Shown: positions 1-12,444 of the stretch, one piece after another
How the letters are laid out: each line of letters opens with the position of its first letter
Position numbering within the stretch: the first letter of the stretch is position 1
DNA from: Xylographa opegraphella
Taxonomy: Eukaryota
Reading direction: 5' to 3'
DNA: 64,000 bases
Assembly (NCBI GenBank): GCA_022813865.1
Contig: JALDZX010000017.1
Span: 124,001-188,000 of the forward strand
The notes under the pieces: model-generated
The model's input: only the letters and a program-made list of their open reading frames with translations
Database searches by the model: none
Told to the model about the DNA's origin: nothing
Program-made: the position numbers and the translations under genes

Positions 1-352
1 GTTTTCTCCTCTTGATCTCCCTCCTTCGGGTCTTTTTTGTCCTTTGATTTTTTCTTCTTTGCCAGCTTTTCCTCGTATTCTTTCTTCACGATTTCAATCT
101 CTCTGTTCAATTCTTCCTTCTTCTTCGCAGCTTCATCAACGACAGGAGAGCAGAAGCCTCGGTCTTTCAGGTGACCTCGACAGGCGTAGAAAAAATCCTT
201 GGCCATGTCAGCTTACATGCATAACTCGTGAAAGATAGTACCTTGTTGTCAGGCGTGATCAAAACAGATACGGTTGGTTTGTAACAGACATAACATGGCT
301 TTGATGAGCTCTCTGCCACAGTGCGCAAATGCCAAACATTCGATAGCGCCAT
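1..352 (-). CDS. VFA1: Vps4-associated protein 1 / DUF1742 family protein (3' end runs off the window)
   Basis: ATG at 352 gives MALSNVWHLRTVAESSSKPCYVCYKPTVSVLITPDNK. A 44-nt GT-AG intron (198-241, branch GCTGAC) joins it to DFFYACRGHLKDRGFCSP and a Lys/Glu-rich coiled coil. CxxC...C-x2-H pattern typical of this family. Confidence 0.85.
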
Positions 353-1224
353 AGTGAAGATAGTCTGCAAGTAGTCCTCCTTCAGCTTGTGCGTGAGATA
401 TTGAGAATGGCTAACTTCAAGCCGAAGACAGTCTCGAGATACTACGAGAAGAGGCACAACAATCGACGTCTTCGAAAAGTTTGAAGCAATATCTCCTAAG
501 CTACGGATTAGACTGATGCTAACAGGTGTTGATTCACAACCAATGATGTTCCTCGTATAGAGCGATGATACGGCGGCTCGACGGTTCCGATGCTTAGTCA
601 CGGACAATCAACAGATCATCGCATTCAGCAATCAGTGTGACATTGAGTTATAAGATTGCCGATGCCTTGTACTCTTCCAAGGAGGCAGATTGAGTACATA
701 GTCGTCCTCAGTCGTCGATAGACGTAGGACCAGATACATAGTAGCAAGGGTGGTAGACCAGGAGACCAGGTGGAGGAAGGCTAGAGTCGGACCATCTTTG
801 ACCCGTAAGGCCTTCGGATAGTATGATCAGCAACCGAAGACAGGTCCGAGGACGCTCACCAATCAGACTCGACATTACAGGGTCATTTTACCTTATATTT
901 TCAATTATTACAGGAAATGCCATTAACAGCTAAGACCATGTCTCTACAGTCTTAGATTGTTGAGGAACTAGAGCCTTCGTGTTAGAAAGTGAGGTCACTT
1001 GGGGCATGGAATATTGACTATTACGGAGTAATTAACTTGTTGCAAACACCCATTCTCATGTATCACGTCAACTTGAACATCTCATTCAATATGTCTATCA
1101 TATTTGTTGTGCTCATTTCAAAAACCTATTAGAGGCTGCGCTACTTCGTACACATTTCATGTCCTGATCGAAGTGTTTCAAACCATGAATTGTGAGCATC
1201 GGGTCAGTGAACCCAGACGATTCT

Positions 1225-2828
1225 TTACTCGGTTATGCCATGCTTCGCGTCACGAGTGGCTACATGGTTTCCTCCGGTGACCTCGGAATCATCCATGACA
1301 GCAGCCACTCTTTCAACCCTGCGCCGTGCATCTACCCAGATCATGAACTCACTGTAGGTTCGAGGCATTACTTTGATACTCTTTTCAAGCAAGAATGTGT
1401 AGTTGAATTGACCGGTGGGCTTCGTATGCCCATGCTCAATGTCTCTAACCTTAGAATCAACTCTGATTTGTACCTTTGTGAATGGGCTTTCCTTGTGGTC
1501 GACACCGGGGCTGGTACACACGTCAACGAGAGGTGGGTCTGTGTAAGCGACTGTAGCTGTGAGATACAAAACTGATCCCACAGGTACCGGATTGTCAAAC
1601 GTGCTCGGATCGAGGCTGAGAAAAGCTGGTCGCGAGTGCGAGAAGGATGCAGCACAGCAGAACGCCAATTCGAAGGTCGCCTTCAAAAGAAACCCACCAA
1701 AAATCATAAAGTTATGACGATTTCGGTATTGCGGTTGCATAATCTGTGACGAGTATAATCTTGTACTATCCATGTATACAACGTTATCAGGCTTATGCAC
1801 GGAAATGTTGGCATCTATTGGTAGTGGTAAGCTTTGGTCCGACGAGCGTGACTGTTTGTAAGAGACATGGCTGAAAAGCAGAGCCTACCGTGGTACTCGA
1901 GCTGCTTCAGCCACATGGCATGTATCAAGTCACTCTCCTCATCATTAGGTGTCTGCTTGCGCAGAGTTGTCTTTGAAAGCTCTTTTTTAGCATTGTAATT
2001 ATTCTCCCCTAATTTATATAGACGGCGCTCATCCTCGGTATTGATCTGCAAAGGAGGTATATTGGTTGGCTTCTTCGTTGTAGGATCCAAGGAAACCATC
2101 GTGAATGCACACGTCATTAATACATCCTCCTTCGACACCTTACCACCAGTGCTGGGGACCCGCGCGACTTGCAGTGATATTTCCATGCTACTCCGGCCTG
2201 TAGCATAAGTAACCTGGCCGGATAATTCCAGGTCGCACAGTTCCTTTAGCGGATGATTGATTGTGATTCGATCAACAGCGGCAGTAACAGTTGTGACAGA
2301 CTCTCCCGTATGCTTGTATGCTATTATTCCAGACAGAGCGTCGAGATCCATGAAAAGTGTACCCAGTCTTCAGCTTTTGTCAGTCGAAGCCCCGAATTAT
2401 CTACTTCTGCATACCTGATATGTCCATTGGCGTTGAGATAGTTGTCTAAGAGCCACGGATCTTGTGCAAGTGGCAGGACCTAGGATTCCATCAGCCAGAC
2501 TGGTTGCGCTAGGTAAATAGGAGTGTCGTACGACTTTGTGGTAGCTATCTGACATCTTCTTCTTTGGAGATAGCTCATGGTTGGAGGATTTGGATGGTCT
2601 TCCAGACTTCTCCGCAGTATTTGCACCTTGTTCCTGCTGCTTCTTAAGAGCTTCTATGTAGGGTGTCTTCACCCTCATGGCGGTCAGTTCTTGGTAAACT
2701 CCGTCTGTAGAACATCGTGTGCTGCTGTGTAGACTTCGCTCTCGCGGAGTTCTCGACACAGCAGTAATGATCGTACGTGAAGAATGCACTATGGTACGAA
2801 GGGTGTCATTGCACCTCAAGGCTTTCAT
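1225..2828 (-). CDS. Double hotdog-fold acyl-CoA thioesterase (ACOT9-like, probably mitochondrial), multi-exon
   Basis: Spliced ORFs 2397-2855, 1815-2351 and 1225-1800. Motifs RLGTLFMDLDALSGIIAYKH, VTAAVDRI, GRSSMEISLQV and RHNFMIFGGFLLK. Arg/Ser-rich N-terminus resembles a presequence. Start codon choice is uncertain. Confidence 0.85.
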
Positions 2829-3288
2829 GATAGCCTGAGGTGCACTGAGAACCAATGCTCACATGGCCAACGAAGGGCGTTGAAGCCATCTACAGTGCTC
2901 GGTTTCGCTTGAGTACACGCGGGGTCTAGCCTAGCGATTTGCATACCTATGAAGTAGACTATATATCGTCTGTTCGGAATATTTACCACGTTCTCCAGCA
3001 ATTCACTCGCAGTACGTGAATTGACTGCTGTAAGCAAATGGTTGCTTATTTTCCGTTTATAAAACGAGCACGCCTTCATTGTGTCGATGCTCTCTCCTCT
3101 GTGACTACCAATAAAGGCCGATGTGATAGTTCCATAGTTGACCGGACTGATGTTTCTTGTTGAAGCCATTCGTTTTATCTTTATCTTTATCTTCTATGTA
3201 GATTTCTATCCTTGTTACCCTGTGTCCTCGCGCTTGACAATCGGCTTTGAGGTCGATTTGCATTTTCACAATCTCAAACATAACTTCA

Positions 3289-5379
3289 ATGCCTATCACA
3301 CGGATTGATATCTGTGATCTGATCCATACCCTATTGGAAGAAGGATTAGAACTATCCACTAGTTGTTCAATCGTTCTTACCCACAATTTGGCGACAGGCA
3401 GTATCCTTGATGAGATTGCTGCCGTTTCAAAGCTGCCCACATTCGTAAATCTATGGGTGCAGCGGAGTGGCAGACTCCGGCTATCCATTACCTTGGTTTT
3501 AGATGCTATATCGTCAAATTGTCAGCAGAAGGAGATCTTTCAGAAGCAGCTAGAAAAAAGCTTTGCGAATGCTGAGGTACTGCCAGCATGTAGGTCTAAT
3601 TTGGAGGATGCTGACCTTTGCGTCTTAGCTATGGCGTCAACTGGGCCTTCAATGTTCCTATTTAACCCCAATTGACAAAGATTTCTTTTCCAATGGGACC
3701 AGGAAAATTGAGATGATACTTTTTCATACAGAAGCTACGTATGTAGCTACGAAAGGATTTAAGAACCACATCATTGCAAATACACGGCCACCAGACGGGG
3801 TACCAAACGCTAACCTTCATGAAATCAGTATAATATGGGCACTATCTTCTATAGCAAGCTCATCGACCGAACGAGACAACAAGAGATTGAATGGTGGAAC
3901 ATCGCTGGCCAATACCGACAGGATCGTGTCGGCTTTGGGAGAAAATGACAGCGACAGATACATTTCTCTATCTCAACCCAACCCAAGGCTACCTTTATGG
4001 GATGCGGAGCATCAATGTGACTGGCTTCCATTCATGACTGTGACAAGCGTCACAGACGCGCAGATGTTAGACGAAGTTGTTGATGAGGAATCCATCGTAT
4101 TATCTACACAAGCTTCTGCTCCCCAAGTTCCGCAACAGCAACAACGTCTTGAAATATATCGGAAGAGACCAAGAAGCATATGCTCTCCCCTTTTTGACGT
4201 TCTTGCTGCCCAAAAATTGATCGACACCGCTTTTCAAGAAATCATTTGTGGCAGGAAAATTCCGGACCTTCCTACGGCGGATCGAGCGAAAGTTGTAGCC
4301 AGACCCAAGCTTGCGGAAATCTCTCCTGCCCTTTTCAGTCCAGGATATCTCCAGGTATGTCAACCAGATCAGCCTTGTAGTCTCACCATACTTAGTCTGA
4401 TTTTACAGTGTAGGCAATGTCTCGCCATAGCCAGTGCATCTGTACTATAGCTTATTCAATGGCGTTTGTGAATGGTCGTGCAACATCAAAACCACTCAAA
4501 GATGCTTTTGCACTACTATGGGACACCGCTTCTAACATCGATTTATTCATTGGAGAGCCGCCGTCACGAGAAGCAAGAACCCCTGCTGAGGGGCTGGCTT
4601 CAATCATAAAAGCTCGTACATGGTTGATAATGCAGAAAGGCCTCTTCGAACCAGCGGCAGCAGCTACGCTGAAGCCTCTGTCATACGGCGTGTCGCAAGC
4701 CGCTGAAAACCCATTACAAACCCTCGACGAGTGCTCCTCCCCCGTCACTCTCGTCGCAACTCCGAAGAATTCTTCTTCTCCTGCTACGGAGATTCTGGAT
4801 GACTTCTGCCTGTCAGACGAGGATTTCGAGCCCTTGTTTGAAGATAGTGATGATGAAATTCTCCTTGACGAGTACGAGGTGGATCCTAGCATCCACGACA
4901 CTTGGTCGCACCGGACGAACCATGCCTCGAGCGACGGCTTGTCGGCAAGACCTCCCATGACACAACCAGATCGTCAAAGCTCCGCTGTCGCGGACGATCC
5001 TCGCACGAAGGCGATGATCAACAGAGCGCAACACGGACTCCTCGATACCCTCATTGTCTCCGATAGCGACGTCAGAGAACCAACAGACACCGGCTCCCCC
5101 TTCGAGGCGCTGGACAGCGCAGACGTCTCCAGCATCGGCAGGGCAGAATCAGCCGATATGCCGCCAGACCTCGACGCGGAGGAGATGCTGCTCGACAACC
5201 CTAGCAACGATGGCGGCTCGATCAGCGCCGGCGACGCGTTTCTAGACGCCATGGAAATGCTCGATCGTCTCAGCGTGGACGAGGGGAGGGCCGCTGGTAA
5301 TTGGGGGAGCTCCGAGCCTGATGAGATGCTGGATGTGTGTGAGCTCGGTGACGGGGTTGGGGGAGACTGGTTGGGATAA
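3289..5379 (+). CDS. Hypothetical fungal protein with acidic low-complexity C-terminus, multi-exon
   Basis: Consecutive same-strand ORFs 3247-3675, 3713-4450 and 4417-5379 separated by GT..CTRAY..AG introns (e.g. ~4355-4413). No recognised domain. Start uncertain. Confidence 0.6.
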
Positions 5380-5834
5380 TAGGAAGTTGGGTGGGGGGGT
5401 GGAGGATGAAAGGAGTGTTGTTACGAGGTGGTTGCAGCCTGCCTGGAAGTCATACGCGTGAAAGATCATGAAAAGCATAGGAGATGAGTGGGTGAATTTC
5501 GAGTGAGTATGGATGAGGACAAGCTCAAGATCGCACACTATGTTGATAGAGTCTAGTGCGCTCGAGTGAGCATAGAAGGAAACTCCTGGTTCCGAGCAAT
5601 GTCTGTATAGGTGCAGAAGCAAGCTGTGCAGGTTGACTCTTGGGGTCCCATTCAAGTCGTCGATCAAGGTTCAATAGAGTCCATCTCCCACCAATAGCTC
5701 ACGATGCAAATAAAAAGCCGTCTGTAATACTTCGGTAGTATAAACATTAGTGCTCTACATATATCCCCAATACAGTCATTCCTACAGTCGGCCGTGAACA
5801 GGCTGTCCCAACGTCTCGTCAGCCACACGCTGCA

Positions 5835-7290
5835 CTATAGCCTCGACTTCTCGGCGATCATAGCATAACCCTTAGGATACGATTCTACATGACCGAATTA
5901 GCCAACGCGCTACCAGTCGTGCCAAAAGCTCGACGGAAAGCAGCTTACCGAGGATATCCCGATCCATCATCTGCTCGACGTTCTGGAACCCGCCGACGGT
6001 CATCAAGATGTCAAAGTCCGCCAACAAGCTCTTCATCACATGCCTGACGCCCGCCTCTCCCATGATACTGAGTCCCCACACCCACAGTCTGCCGACCCAC
6101 ACGAACTTGGCCCCCAGAGCCAAGGCCTTGCAGACGTCGCTGCCGCCTCGGATGCCGCTGTCGTACATGATGTACGTCTTGTCGCCGACGGCAGCGACGA
6201 TATTCTCCAGCGCGTCCAGCGACGCGATCGCCCCGTCGACCTGCCGGCCCGCGTGGTTGCTCACCACGATGCCGTCCACGCCGACCTCGACGGCCTTCTT
6301 CGCGTCCGCGACGCTTTGGATGCCTTTGAGGCAGAAGGGCTTGCCGCCGCTGATCTCCTTCCACGTCTTGATCAGCCACGGCATCTTGCTCCAGTCGTGG
6401 GCGCGTCCGTGCCACACATTATCGATCCACATTGCGCCGGCGCGCTCGGGCTCCTTCTTCGGGTCGATGCCTGCTGCCGCAAGGCGCTTTTGGAAGACCG
6501 GATCCGTAAGGCCCAAGTCGGCACCGATGCCACGATAGAAGGCGTAGTTGCCCTCCGCGACGTCGTCGTGGCGCCAGCCGAGCTGCCAGGTGTCGGTGGT
6601 GAGGATGCAGACGTCGAAGCCGGACTTGAAGGCACGCGTGAGCAAGCTGACGGCCAGCTCGTCATCGTGGGGCAAGTAAAGCTGGTAGAAGCGGCACCCG
6701 GCGCCGTTGGCAGTGGCGACGTCCTCGATGGCGGTGGAGCCAGCGGTGGAGAGGCAGTAGGGCAGGTTGAGCTCCTTGGCGACTTTGGCGACGGGAAGTT
6801 CGCCTAGCGGGTGGTAGATCTTATTAATACCGATGGGGGCGAAGCCGATGGGCGCGGAGACTTTGTGCCCAAAGACGGTAGTGCTGCTGGTGCGGACGTT
6901 GGTATCGACAAGCTGGCGGGGAATGATCTTATGGCGGTAGAAGGCTTGACGGTTGGCGAGGTGGGTGTAGGAGGAACCAGCGTTGGAGGATGCATAGAGC
7001 CTGGGCGTATTAGATTGCGGAGTATGATGTCGAGAGTGGTGGCATTTTACCATCCACCTTCGGTCAGCTTCTGTTTAGCAAGGTCTTCAAGCTTTCCAGG
7101 CTCTGTAATCAACGAGAGTCAGCAGCAACTCGACAGTATGCGGAAGTTATGGAGGGCAGCAATATAGGCCGGACTTACCAGTGTTGAACAGCGGTTTCTC
7201 GCCATTGTTGATTTTCCAGAAGTTCTCCCGTTGGTAAAGAGACCATTGAGGGGTGTCTCGGTTCTTGCGATTGGGATTGTTGGCGTCCAT
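5835..7290 (-). CDS. FMN-dependent alpha-hydroxy acid dehydrogenase/oxidase (lactate 2-monooxygenase-like)
   Basis: Motifs APIGFAPIG, FYQLY, LKGIQSVADA, GIVVSNHAGRQVDG and DSGIRGGSD..KALALGA. First exon MDANNPNRKNRDTPQWSLYQRENF; last exon ESYPKGYAMIAEKSRL* with stop at 5835-5837. Confidence 0.92.
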
Positions 7291-7921
7291 GAGGAGGGTC
7301 GAGTGGGAGCAGTGGTGATTGGATGTGGTCGAGAAGGTCAATGGCAGACTACTATGGAGGTGAACGATAAACAGAGGCCCGCCTCATTGTTATATCGTAG
7401 CTATCTGAGTTGGGCATGATGACGTTTCCGGGTTGTTCCTACGGTAGTCGTCGAGTTCGTGGGGAATGAAGTCATTCCTGGAGGCTTGGGTTTGCTGCCG
7501 CTGCCGGGATCGGCCCTTGGTGCGCTACTTAAACTCTCTCGTAAGATTGTAAACAATCCTAGGCGCCAGACACAGGGGAGAGCTGCACACATGTATTCTC
7601 ACGGACGTTTCTGGATGAAAAAAACTATTATGGAAATATCCCGACAACGTGGTTTTCCCGATGCGCCCTTCAGAAATCGGGACATTATGGCATGCCACGT
7701 TAACCCCACAAGAGGCCCCAGGTGTGTCCCAGCATCTCATCCACGATGACCCGAATCACGGCAAAGATTAACACAGCGATTGTTAAAGAGAATGGAAATC
7801 ATAGGCTCATACATTATCGTCAAGTCATATCTTTCGTGATGAAGCGGCTGCAATGCGGAACGAACCGGACAACGCGCCTCGATCGCTGGCTCTCTCTCGC
7901 AAACTTTCTCGATCATCTGCA

Positions 7922-9463
7922 TTATTGTAGTATCTGACTGCTCCCCGAATTGCCACCAATATTGCCAACATTGCTTACAAATACAACTAAGACGGCACAG
8001 TATCTGGAAGGGCAGCAGCTTTAGCGTGGGGCTCTCTGCTTGGGATGAAGGAAACTCCTTTCAACAGAATCGAGCAGATAATGCGGGACGCTTGATGAAA
8101 ACCAGATAAACTCACCCAGCAGCAGCAGCCAAGATCTCGTGTCGTCTCGCCTTGGTGAACAGCGAAAGGATCGCGGAGAATATGAGCGTAGATACGAGAA
8201 GCACGCCTAGACAGGTGGGACTCGTTGCAGACCCATTGGTATTGGTGCTGATGTGGTAAAGGGCCCATATAGGCACTATCAGCACCACCAGAATGAAGCA
8301 GGTTATGATGAAGGTAACAAAGGCATTTATGCGGTCTCTAGTGAAGTAGTGGAGATCAGGATCCGAGGTTTTGGCTCTCGTTTCCTTGTGTCCGTTAGCT
8401 TCACCACGTCTGCTTGTTACATATACAGCAATGTAGAATTTACCTTGGAGCAGAACATACGCTGCGTAGGGATTAGCGTTTCATACCGCAAAACTCGAAT
8501 TTATGATTTTACCTGAATAGGTTTGCAATGACACATCCGTAGCATCCTCTCCACGAAAGCATCTAGGAATGCCGTCTCTCGGCCGGGTCGAAGGGTGATT
8601 AGGTCTTCCTTCTCATAAATGAATGAGGCCTCTGCTTCGAAAAGTGGCGTGTGGTTCTCCATCATGTTGATCACACTGCGATGATCGCGGTTCGCCGGCC
8701 GATTCAAGGAGACAAGTTGCTGTGCTTGTAAAAGCAATTGGCCTGGATGGTGGTAAGAAGTAGTTGCTGTGATTTGAGGGAGACAAAATGACTAGCTCAC
8801 CATACTCCAGCACTTTCTTCTCAATGGTCTCCAGAAGTTGCTTCCTAGAGATAGCATTGGCAGCCAATTCTCGTGCGTTGTCTTTTGTCCTTGACTTTAG
8901 ATACTTCCGGCGGCTCGCATCGTTCCAGTCTTGCCGGTCAACGGCACGAAGGTCAGATTCTAACGCCCGGAGCTCATCTTGCTTATTGAGGAGTAATCGG
9001 GCGTGTAGAAATCCAAAGCGTCGATAGATCATAAAGGAGTCATCACTGTCCAGGTAGCTTGCAACATATGGAAAGCCTTTCGGCGAGTCTTCCACTGTCA
9101 AAAATAAGCATTGCAAGACAGACGCTTTCTACGGCTGGTCTGCATTGGACTGACGTTTCCGTATCAGAATTTTCGACACCCGTCTTCTATTGGGTTTCCG
9201 TACTGATACCTTCCCTCGCAGTTTTGAGGGCAAAGTTCGTATGGCACTCAAAACTGCCGGCCAGAGTCAATTGATATTATCTCACATACTCTCAAAGATC
9301 AACAGGACACACCTTCACGAGGGCTATGCGTGCTGCTAACAAAGGTTGTCCCAGAGCTCAATGTTGGACTGACCGCAGTTTCCTTCTCGCACTGCGAGAG
9401 AGTCACGATTCGACCTTCTTCCATATCGCTGGCCAACCGGCTCGACTGGTCAGAAGCTGCCAT
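7922..9463 (-). CDS. DUF6594-family membrane protein, multi-exon
   Basis: VEDSPKGFPYVASYLDSDDSFMIYRRFGFLHARLLLNKQDELRALE signature. Downstream exons give about 3 hydrophobic helices (AFVTFIITCFILVVLIVPIWALY; LGVLLVSTLIFSAILSLFT; EILAAAAGYCAVLVVFVSN). ATG 9463 lies below a TATATA at ~9517; 5' exon structure is tentative. Confidence 0.8.
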
Positions 9464-10019
9464 GGCTGCGAACGAGGAAAGGCGAGGGACAATGGCACAC
9501 GGGAGACGAGAGGGAGTATATAAACAGTCGAGCCTCGTGAGATCGCTACCAATCCCTTGCCATGGTCATGCACCGGGGCAAGAGGCGCCCGAGGCTCCTG
9601 ACCTTGAAGCGTAAATACTTGCGCGAAGTGGCATGTCTAACACTCCTTACCGAAAGGATACGCTTTACTGGCCTTGGCCACGGTGGAATGCGATCAGCGG
9701 GCGGGAGTGGCTGCTTCGTTGATTGGTGCCAGCTGCGTTAGGGGCGGAGTCCGCTGTGAGCTGGACCGAGACCCTGCGGGAACGCAAGAAGGCAAGGCAG
9801 ATTTTGGAGGGGCGGAGGAATACATATTTCCCGTTGTTGCGAGACGGAACTCCATACATATCAACGAATGAAGGAGCATCGTGAACAGAGTTCGTCCTCG
9901 GGATAAAACACTTGTCCTGAAACACAGACATATACCAATGGCATCCTTCCATAAAAATCTAAATGCTCGTCCCCCTTCCCCAATCCTGCAGAGGCTGACA
10001 TCGCCATCCGCCGACGACC

Positions 10020-10425
10020 TCACCCGTCCTCCAGGTCCGGCTCTGGGACCATCTTGTCATACTTGATGCCATCCGAGTCGGTCACTTCGTAATCCCATCC
10101 CCACCGTTCCTCATTGAAGACCCCTTTCTTCACTTTCATGATCCAATCGAAGATACCGGTGCTGGGATTCTTCATTCGCACCTTGTCACCTGCACTGAAC
10201 GAAGGGTCTCCCTTTCAATACATCAGCTGTCTCCTTTGCTATCATATACGATTGACATAACATCGTTGAGTCTTCGTACCTTTGGCTGAGGTCCTTTGGC
10301 CGCATTGTTATGAGATCTTACGTCCGATGGGTTGTAATTTGCTTCATTCTATCCAATTGTACGTTAGTACTACCTACGTCACATGGAGGGGCGTTCAGAT
10401 CTCGTACTTCATTCGTGTTGGTCAT
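10020..10425 (-). CDS. Small 92-aa SH3/Tudor-like beta-barrel protein, 3 exons (not in ORF track)
   Basis: Exons 10425-10408, 10348-10280 and 10211-10020. Both introns start GTACGA and have a branch site (TACTAAC; GCTGAT) and AG. Product MTNTNENEANYNPSDVRSHNNAAKGPQPKGDPSFSAGDKVRMKNPSTGIFDWIMKVKKGVFNEERWGWDYEVTDSDGIKYDKMVPEPDLEDG*. Confidence 0.75.
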
Positions 10426-10863
10426 ATTGCACGAGTGGAGTGTAACTTTCCGACTTATACACCCAGCAGCTGATGGATTATAAGTATGCCCTGGAGGCGC
10501 AATGTTACACAGGGAGCCTAATATTTCAGGCAATCGGGCAACCACTTCGAAGGGAGAATATCCAATCAGCATTCGGCAGATAGCAAGCGTAGATCGGTCA
10601 GTCCATTCGCGAAACAAGGAGTCCAACATGGTGCCACACCACTGCGGTTGATACTCTGCCCATAGAATTACAAGGAATCTAAATGTTCCAACTGGCTACT
10701 TCGTCACACTCAAGCAAAACTAAGCTCGTGCGATGCCTAGCATGATTATATCCATCAGATTTCCACAACTCCATGCAATGCGAGCCATCCCAAAACGGGC
10801 TGCCTGGGTATCACCTAAAACGAGAAACAATTCGTAGGTACTGCCTCCGATTTTGGGGATCAT

Positions 10864-12444
10864 TTATACAGCATCCATGCCGGACTTGAGCGTGACAAAC
10901 GCGTATAGGAAGGCATACGACGATATCACCGCAAGACCAGCTATGGAGACAAACCCGCGGGCTCCCAGCACCCCGCGTCCTTTATCGGGCAGGAATGCCA
11001 CCAGAGACACCGCTGCGGCCCACACGGCTATGAAAAGCATTGTTCCATGATACAAAATGCCATGATTGATATGCTCGTTCGGGAAATTCTCGTGAAATGC
11101 CTCGTGGACGGTCTGTTTGGAGACAAAGAGCGCATTGTGGCCGGAGGTATATCCGTGTCGCTGCCTCGAATTGAGATCGTCGGCGGGTAAGAGCAAAGTC
11201 GCCGAGGAGCCTCCAGAATTATGGTGCCTGTGTCGACGATGTGATCCAAACAGGGTAAATCTTTGTACAGCTTCTGCCATCATGAAGCGTGGCCAGGAAT
11301 GCAACCCTCCCCACATGATACGATTGACGCGCAAGTCGCGATTCTGCATAGCCTCATTGAGTGCCTTTCCCAGGATCTCAACCTGTGCCTCCGATGGCCG
11401 AGTTTCGAACATGAATTTTAGGTTGAGAAGAACCGCAGCTCCCATGTCGTGCGGACTGCTAAGGCTTCTTGCGCGTATCAAGGAGAGCCTGTCCACATCT
11501 TTCCTGATTGGTTCCAACATGATGTATCCCGCCGAATTCTTCTCTCCACGTTTACTAAGAACCGGTTTCTGGTTATTAGGGAATCCGGGTGCGCCACCAT
11601 TCTTGATCTTGTTTACTAGCTGTTGCGTTGTAAAGGGTCTGCCTTCAGCTACAAGTGCCTTCAATGCCCAGATCAGGGCGGATGTGAACGATTCAGGCCC
11701 AGGTCTTCTTGTAGTAGCTCCTGGGGCTGTAGCCGCAAGGTATTCAAAAGCCCGGGTTGGTGGAGACCGTACGTTCCCAAGATTGCCTGCATAACAACAA
11801 TCAAAAATTTCCAAAACGTCAGCTTGAGTATCTTGGAGAAGATCTTCAGCCCTATTCCATATAACTTTATTCAACTCCCCTTGAACCATACGAGGGGTGC
11901 TTTTGCCGAAGAGCTCCAAGTGTCCAGGCATATGTCCTGGCGTACCGTGACCGGCATAATAGACTATGAGAAGTCTCTTCGGCCGATCCTCGTCACTGAC
12001 GAATTTCGCAACGACGAAATTGATTTGAGATTGTGCTGTTTTCCCGGTGTGTGCTTTCAAAGTGATGTTGTGTATATCATAACAGAATATGTCTTCGAAA
12101 ACCTTCGCGAGCCTGTCAACCTCTCCTTTAACCTTCATATCGTCAAGGGCTTCGTCCCAGGATAGTAGCAGAACTGCGGCCGACTCATACAAAGACGATG
12201 CCTTGTATTGACCCTCCTCCATGACTTTGCTCCATGTAACCTGGTACGAAGAATTGAGCTGCTCGATTTCGTCTTCATAATGGACGATGGAATCATCATG
12301 AGGATGGTGCTCAACGTTGACAGGTGTCACCAGAGGAGTGCCCAGTGGAGATGGTGTGGGTACGATGGTATCGCTCGGCGGATCGCTGGAGGAAGTGCGC
12401 TTGACTTCCATGGTCTGCGTCCCTGCGGTATTCGTGGGCTCCAT
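10864..12444 (-). CDS. Caspase/metacaspase-like peptidase (clan CD, C14-type) with two C-terminal transmembrane helices, intronless
   Basis: 526-aa ORF. AVLLLSWD, catalytic His in LLIVYYAGHG, catalytic Cys in DVLEIFDCCYAG, then FEYLAA and SFTSALIWAL. C-terminal hydrophobic segments MLFIAVWAAAVSLVAFL and FVSIAGLAVISSYAFLYAFVTL. Confidence 0.85.
   Translation of the reverse strand: MEPTNTAGTQTMEVKRTSSSDPPSDTIVPTPSPLGTPLVTPVNVEHHPHDDSIVHYEDEIEQLNSSYQVTWSKVMEEGQYKASSLYESAAVLLLSWDEALDDMKVKGEVDRLAKVFEDIFCYDIHNITLKAHTGKTAQSQINFVVAKFVSDEDRPKRLLIVYYAGHGTPGHMPGHLELFGKSTPRMVQGELNKVIWNRAEDLLQDTQADVLEIFDCCYAGNLGNVRSPPTRAFEYLAATAPGATTRRPGPESFTSALIWALKALVAEGRPFTTQQLVNKIKNGGAPGFPNNQKPVLSKRGEKNSAGYIMLEPIRKDVDRLSLIRARSLSSPHDMGAAVLLNLKFMFETRPSEAQVEILGKALNEAMQNRDLRVNRIMWGGLHSWPRFMMAEAVQRFTLFGSHRRHRHHNSGGSSATLLLPADDLNSRQRHGYTSGHNALFVSKQTVHEAFHENFPNEHINHGILYHGTMLFIAVWAAAVSLVAFLPDKGRGVLGARGFVSIAGLAVISSYAFLYAFVTLKSGMDAV

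Noticed and set aside
6008..6807. Long overlapping and antisense ORFs over the FMN oxidase
   Set aside because: Shadows of strong GC3 codon bias; no protein-like motifs.
11117..12165. Plus-strand ORFs of 225 and 180 aa opposite the caspase-like gene
   Set aside because: Antisense shadows with no independent coding signal.
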